This document shows, in pieces, positions 63,101 to 64,000 of a stretch of 64,000 nucleotides of DNA (its first letter is position 1; the number at the start of each line of letters is the position of its first letter). The stretch lies in NCBI GenBank assembly GCA_028826165.1, contig JAPDFW010000103.1:248001-312000 (forward strand), in the 5' to 3' direction. The notes beneath the pieces are model-generated. The model was not told the DNA's origin and did no database searches. It was given only the letters and a program-made list of their open reading frames with translations. The DNA is from Anaeramoeba ignava BMAN. Its lineage: Eukaryota > Protista > Anaeramoebae. Both the position numbers and the translations under genes were made by a program.

Positions 63101-64000
63101 CATTGGTTGAATATTTAAAAGCCAAGTTTGTTGATGTTCATCAGAAAATCTAAGAAAATTATCTTTCATCATCTTTAAAATGTGAAGAAAAATATTTTTA
63201 ATTTTAATTTTAAATTTAATTTTGATTTTAATTTTAATTTTAATTTTAATTTTGATTTTAATTTTAATTTTAATTTTAATTTTAATTTTAATTTTAATTT
63301 TAATTTTAATATTAAATTTTAATTTTAATTTTAAATTGAATTTTAATTTTAATTTTAATTTTGGATTTTAATTTTAAATTTTAAATTTTAATTTTGATTT
63401 TAAATTTAATTTTAATTTTAATTTTAATTTTAATTTTAATTTTAATTTTTAATTTTAATTTTAATTTATATTTTAATTTTAATTTTAATTTTAATTTTAA
63501 TTTTTAATTTTAATTTTAATAATTTAAATTTTAATTTTAATTTTAATTTTAAATTTTAATTTTAATTTTAATTTTAATTTTATAAATAAATTTGAATTTT
63601 AATTTTAATTTTAATTTAAATTTAAATTTTAATTTTAATTTTAATTTTTATTTTAATTTTTAATTTTAATTTTGATTTTAATTTTAATTTTAATTTTAAT
63701 TTTAATTTTAATTTTAATTTTGATTTTAATTTTAATTTTAAATTTAATTTTAATTCTAATTCTAATTTTAATTTTAATTTTAATTTTAATTTTAATTTTA
63801 ATTTTAATTTTAATTTTAATTTTATAAATGAATTTTAATTTGAATTTTAATTTTATAAATGAATTTTAATTTTAATTTTAATTTTAATTTTTAATTTATA
63901 TTTTAATTTATATTTTACAATAAATTTTGTGTTTGGAGTAATATTCAAAACGATAATTGGTTTATTCTTATCTTGATAAACAATTAATTGAAAAGTTCTT
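60191..64000 (-). CDS. FKBP15-like protein (WH1/PH-like + FKBP PPIase domain + long coiled coil); 5' end outside the window
   Basis: DNFLRFSDEHQQTWLL; FKBP VKVNYIGWL..GKSFDSS..FKVG..IKG|WSEGITGMKIGSKRFLIIPPSLAYG..IPANSVLLFFIEI. Introns ~63918-63173 and ~62832-62760. One probable 1-nt deletion at ~62247 links ORF 62110-62736 to ORF 60191-61951. Confidence 0.8.
63195..63910. repeat. (TTTTAA)n hexamer tract in the FKBP15-like intron
   Basis: Visible array. Confidence 0.9.

Noticed and set aside
1-64000. Alternative genetic code, rRNA/tRNA genes, telomeric repeats, autonomous transposons
   Set aside because: TAA, TAG and TGA all terminate conserved genes. No structured RNA gene, G-rich telomere repeat, transposase or reverse transcriptase ORF was recognised by eye.

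Overview
A very AT-rich, gene-dense, intron-containing eukaryotic (protist) nuclear window using the standard genetic code. The expanded RCC1-BTB and BTB-TLDc families, NE/NQ low-complexity tracts and satellite-filled introns resemble the metamonad Anaeramoeba; this is an inference and was not tested. About 19 protein-coding loci can be reconstructed: two ankyrin-repeat genes, VPS41, a double-SH3 protein, a USP4/11/15-type deubiquitinase, a probable ScaA-like scaffold, RCC1-BTB x2 plus fragments, BTB-TLDc x2, RagA/B, V-ATPase subunit E, URM1, a pseudo-PARG/nicotinamide-riboside-kinase fusion, a PH protein, an atypical Rho GTPase, LRR-U-box, CAP-Gly/LisH RasGEF, a PSP1-domain protein and an FKBP15-like gene. 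Main finding: both ankyrin genes, largely missed by the ORF track, consist of exact 96-nt exons interleaved with 3-nt single-codon microexons (AG-NNN-GT). These encode the variable beta-turn 'xx' residues of the D/N-x-x-G-x-T-P-L-H motif. There are 10 canonical microexons, 2 candidates with defective acceptors and 1 candidate stop-codon microexon. Secondary findings are an apparently mobile BTB-TLDc/RCC1-BTB cassette system with defined ends and variable substrate-binding domains, and a dead-PARG/NRK fusion spliced across a 4.2-kb satellite intron. Several 1-nt indels suggest residual assembly errors. All splice models are manual predictions without transcript evidence.
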